DNA from: Candidatus Poribacteria bacterium
GTDB taxonomy: Bacteria; Poribacteria; WGA-4E; WGA-3G
Length of the DNA stretch: 64,000 nucleotides
Assembly (NCBI GenBank): GCA_965214095.1
Contig: OZ243938.1
Coordinates: forward strand, 2,080,001-2,144,000
Direction of reading: 5' to 3'
The position numbers and the translations under genes were made by a program. The notes below the pieces were generated by a model that was not told the DNA's origin, did no database searches, and saw nothing but the letters and a program-made list of their open reading frames with translations. Each line of letters starts with the position of its first letter. Positions within the stretch are counted from its first letter, which is position 1. Shown here piece by piece: positions 61,001 to 64,000 of the stretch.

Positions 61001-64000
61001 GTCATTGCTGCAACGGATCCTGATGGTGATACGCTCACCTATAGCCTCAGCGGTGAGGATGCTGCGTTTTTCGATATTGCACCAAGAACAGGACAGTTAG
61101 AAACGAATACTTCTCTTGATTATGAAACAAAGTCATCGTATTCAGTAACAGTATCTGTTTCTGATGGGAGTTTCAGCACAAGTATTGATGTGGTCATCAA
61201 TATCACGAATGTCGCAGAAAAACCGGTATTCATTGAGGGTGTCAGTGCCACCCGCTCTGTAGCAGAAAACTCGGAGGCCGGAACACTAATCAGTGAAGTC
61301 ATTGCTGCAACAGATCCTGATGGGAATACGCTCATCTATAGTCTTAGCGGTGAGGATGCTGCGTTTTTCGATATTGAATCCAGAACAGGACAGTTAGAAA
61401 CGAATACTTCTCTTGATTATGAAACAAAGTCATCGTATTCAGTAACAGTGTCTGTTTCTGATGGGAGTTTCACCGCAAGCATTGATGTGGTCATTAACAT
61501 CATTGATCAACCTGAAACACCTACGGATACGACAGACACGGTGGAATCATTGAATATGCCACCAGAGTTTACAGAAGGAACAAGTATTACACGATCCATT
61601 GCTGAAAACACCGATCCCAACACGCCTATTGGACTACCTCTCTCTGCGAATGATCCTGATGATGACACATTGAGTTACAGTCTTGGGGGGACAGATGCGA
61701 CTTCTTTTAGCATTGATTCTACAACAGGACAATTGAAAACGAAGGGTTCTCTTGATTATGAAACAAAGACATCGTATTCAGTAACAGTATCCGTTTCTGA
61801 TGGGAGTTTGACTGCAAGTATTGATGTCGTCATCAGTATCACAGACGTTTCAGAAAAACCGGTGTTTCTTGAGGGTGTCAGTACCACGCGCGCTGTAGCA
61901 GAAAACTCAGTGGTCGGAACAATAACCGGTGAAGTCATTGCTGCAACGGATCCTGATGGTGATACGCTTACCTATAGCCTCAGCGGTGAGGATGCTGCAG
62001 TCTTTGATATTGAAACTACAACAGGTCAATTGAAAACCAATGCCTCTCTTGATTATGAAACAAAGTCATCGTATTCAGTATCAGTATCCGTTTCAGATGG
62101 GAGTTTCGCCGCAAGTATTGATGTAGTCATTAACATCATTGATCAACAAGAAACGGAGACAGAGATAGAAACGGAAACGGAGATAGAAACGGAAACGGAG
62201 ATAGAAACAGAAACGGAGACAGAAACAGAAACGGAAACGGAAACGGAGATAGAAACAGAAACGGACACGGATACAGAGACAGAAACGGAGACAGAAACAG
62301 AAACGGAGATGGACACGGACAGTGCCCTCATGTTTACAGAAGGAACAACTGCGACTCGTACCGTTCCAATAAATACTGATATTGGTAGGAATATCGGTCT
62401 ACCTATTGCTGCAACGGGTGCTGATCAAGATAACTTCACATATACACTGGGTGGTACCGATGGACTATCCTTTGACATTGTTAGTACAACTGGACAGCTG
62501 CTTACTAAAGGCACAACGTATTGTGATAAAACGTCCTATTCTGTGATTATCACAGTCTCAGATGGAAACCTATCAGATAGCATTGATGTCACCATCAACG
62601 TTGAAAAAGTGAATAAACGGGAAAACAACCGAGATCCTATGTTTACAGTTCCAGGTCCCTATACCATTAGTGTTCCTGAAAATACACCTGTCGGTGTAAA
62701 TATCGGAAGTCCAATACCGATTTCTGATCCTGATAATGATTGTTTAGAATACGAAATACAGGGGATTGGTAAAGAGTTGTTTGACATTGATCCCAGAAGT
62801 GGGCAATTTAGAACCAAGAGTCCATTGGATTACGAAATCAAAAACTCTTACTCACTAACCTTGTGGATTTCTGATTTCGCCTTAATTGTTCCTACTGGAG
62901 TGACGATTGAAATTACAGATGTCAACGACCCTCCTGTCTTTGCTGTTGATCATTTAACGTATACAATACCTGAAAATACGCCGATAGGACATATTTTTGG
63001 TTCAGAGGTGACTCTAACGGACCAGGATGACACAAGAGAGTCGTTAGCAATAACACTAACTGGGTCAGATTCTTCGGGGTTCAGCATCGCTGACGGAATT
63101 GTTGGAAAGTTTGAGGTCCAACAATCATTTGATTATGAAACCCAATCAGTTTTCAACGTAACGATAAGGGTAGAAGATAATAGCGGTGCTACAGATACAC
63201 TTCCGGTAGTAATCAGAATCATAGATATTGACGAGGGTGTTAACAATGCTCCAGTGTTTACAGGTGGCGCAAGTGCTACACGATCCATAGCTGAAAACAC
63301 CGACACTAACACTGATATTGGAGAAGTTTTCTCTGCTATTGATCCTGATGGTGACACATTGAGTTACAGTCTTGGCGGTACAGATGCGGCTTCTTTTAGC
63401 ATTGTTACGACAACAGAACAAACAGGACAGTTGAAAACGAATAGTGCATTGGATCATGAAACCAAAGGGACTTATTCCGTTGAAGTCATAGCCTCAGATG
63501 GTGAACTCAGTTCAAGTATTCAAGTAAGTATTACGATTACTGATGTCAACGATCCTCCTGTCTTTCCTGTTGAAAGTGTTACTTATTCAATTCCTGAGAA
63601 TACGACTGCGGGGCAAACTGTTGGGACACCGGTACTCGCAACTGACCAAGATGGTGACACTGTGCTGTATCGCGAATCGGGACCAGATGGGGATTGGGAA
63701 GGGTTTACACTTAATATACATACTGGAGGGTTACTGACGCGTATTTCTTCTTATGATTTTGAAACAAAGCCTACGTACACCCTCACCATAACTGCAAGGG
63801 ATAGGCATTCGGCAACAGATACTCTTGCTGTCACGATCAATATCACAGAATCTGTAAATGGTGCGAACCGTGCGCCGACTGCTGTTGGTTCTATTCCAGC
63901 ACAGACGATGCAATCGGATGACTCTGCCCTACTCTTGACTGTTTCAAGTTATTTCACCGATCCAGACAACGATAATCTCACATATACAGCAAGCTCAAGT
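58085..64000 (+). CDS. Second giant LRR-Ig/cadherin surface protein, paralogue of 44735-56467, 3'-incomplete (at least 1972 aa)
   Basis: AAGGA SD, ATG 58085, signal peptide then EITPVSERTTEVQTAIVAA; same frame reads YFTDPDNDNLTYTASSS at the window end; absence from the ORF track fits a frame with no stop. Confidence 0.9.
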   Translation, partial: MKTRLKNLNSVISILLCSLVFFGLPVTSSAEITPVSERTTEVQTAIVAAAAVDSAADVTETHLAAVTTLDLRAKGITALKSGDFSGMSGLTNINLYDNQLSSLPDGIFDGLTALTTLRLGRNTVDPFPITVTLEKVGENEFKAVVPTGAPFEIVVPISVSNGSINTDANTLTIAKGNRDSGTLTVSQTIERMSVTVDISSLPNLLQNHYGYVLSKSETLPTEVIIGNTAPMFVEGSSATRAIAENAETDVNIGTPIAATDSDDDLLTYTLGGIDAPVFSIDSESGQLKTNTSLDYETQPFYSITITTSDGLLTDTITVTVNVIDVIDNLAPQFTEGAITVRQIAENSGAEVNIGTPVVAIDITENTDNDDAADTLAYTLGGIDAVTFSIDSDTGQLKTKESLDFETKSLYKVTVTVSDGDLTDIITVVIQVIDLAETAFVSEFLPLNERTQQVQDKIVDIVSEDEISEAHIAAITSLNLRDTGITELQSGDFSGMSGLTDINLHNNMLTTLPIGIFQGLTLLTTLRLGNNLLDPLSIFVSLQQVDKNVFQVYVPSGAPFDIVVPIQVANGHISSGESTAKVLTGTLTSQPFTIVPTTDTLTPASVSIGPLPELPLNHYGYILARSTACNRTPEVVSAIETMYPFLMHCQNVSNVDIATVTFLNLDETGILSLRTDDFSGFLSLTTLYLNNNELTELPAGIFDGLDALDTIRLRGNRLELLPDGIFKGMTNLEALDLSGNAIDPLPITVLLEKVDESAFRAIVPTGAPFDIVLKVEVNNGNNANGIDSITIPKGSVESDVYTLTRIPNTFNAVSVDISPLPSLPSLHTGYELVKPDTLPLEILSRIEVAPVITEGDTTTRSVAENTVAGTNIGDPITATDENNDMLTYNLSGANVAVFDIDSTTGQLKTKGALDYETKTSYSVSVSVSDGSLTASIDVVISITNVAEKPVFLEGVSTTRAVAENSVVGTITGEVIAATDPDGDTLTYSLSGEDAAFFDIAPRTGQLETNTSLDYETKSSYSVTVSVSDGSFSTSIDVVINITNVAEKPVFIEGVSATRSVAENSEAGTLISEVIAATDPDGNTLIYSLSGEDAAFFDIESRTGQLETNTSLDYETKSSYSVTVSVSDGSFTASIDVVINIIDQPETPTDTTDTVESLNMPPEFTEGTSITRSIAENTDPNTPIGLPLSANDPDDDTLSYSLGGTDATSFSIDSTTGQLKTKGSLDYETKTSYSVTVSVSDGSLTASIDVVISITDVSEKPVFLEGVSTTRAVAENSVVGTITGEVIAATDPDGDTLTYSLSGEDAAVFDIETTTGQLKTNASLDYETKSSYSVSVSVSDGSFAASIDVVINIIDQQETETEIETETEIETETEIETETETETETETETEIETETDTDTETETETETETEMDTDSALMFTEGTTATRTVPINTDIGRNIGLPIAATGADQDNFTYTLGGTDGLSFDIVSTTGQLLTKGTTYCDKTSYSVIITVSDGNLSDSIDVTINVEKVNKRENNRDPMFTVPGPYTISVPENTPVGVNIGSPIPISDPDNDCLEYEIQGIGKELFDIDPRSGQFRTKSPLDYEIKNSYSLTLWISDFALIVPTGVTIEITDVNDPPVFAVDHLTYTIPENTPIGHIFGSEVTLTDQDDTRESLAITLTGSDSSGFSIADGIVGKFEVQQSFDYETQSVFNVTIRVEDNSGATDTLPVVIRIIDIDEGVNNAPVFTGGASATRSIAENTDTNTDIGEVFSAIDPDGDTLSYSLGGTDAASFSIVTTTEQTGQLKTNSALDHETKGTYSVEVIASDGELSSSIQVSITITDVNDPPVFPVESVTYSIPENTTAGQTVGTPVLATDQDGDTVLYRESGPDGDWEGFTLNIHTGGLLTRISSYDFETKPTYTLTITARDRHSATDTLAVTINITESVNGANRAPTAVGSIPAQTMQSDDSALLLTVSSYFTDPDNDNLTYTASSS
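62150..62320 (+). repeat. Hexanucleotide-based tandem repeat encoding an (ET)n/ETETEI acidic linker
   Basis: GAAACG/GAGACA/GAGATA units, 57 codons in frame. Confidence 0.9.

Noticed and set aside
44683-63913. Many antisense and alternate-frame ORFs over the giant genes
   Set aside because: They recur with the repeat period and mirror codon bias; shadows of the real CDS
1-64000. tRNA, rRNA, integrase, transposase or prophage genes
   Set aside because: No supporting motifs seen in the window

Overview
Bacterial chromosomal window of moderate-to-low GC. Gene content suggests a Candidatus Poribacteria-like organism (inference): a LamG-type secreted protein, an FGE-fold protein, and giant LRR+cadherin proteins, the complete one ending in a PNYPNPFNPETW FlgD-Ig/T9SS-type tail. 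It contains: housekeeping genes (ychF, plsC-cmk-tyrA, gatCA, ctpA, pcrA, mmsA); an expanded phosphate locus (secreted metallophosphatase, pstS, DUF805-pstC fusion, pstA, two K+ channel genes, three pstB paralogues, a short pstA-like gene, phoU); a DUF481-like/CCC(SLC12)/MscS cluster; a ~1150-aa protein resembling a degenerate primase-helicase; and two tandem giant LRR/cadherin surface proteins, the second missing from the ORF track because it runs off the window. Top leads: (1) a mosaic of non-autonomous TIR elements (at least five shell families) carrying interchangeable REP-like palindromes, including a nested insertion that duplicates a 20-bp REP hairpin; (2) a Pst system with reciprocally degenerate PstB1/PstB2, a likely pseudo-ATPase module next to phoU, and embedded K+ channels; (3) LRR arrays with a near-invariant DNA framework but hypervariable concave-face codons. 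All family assignments come from motif reading by eye; no searches were run.
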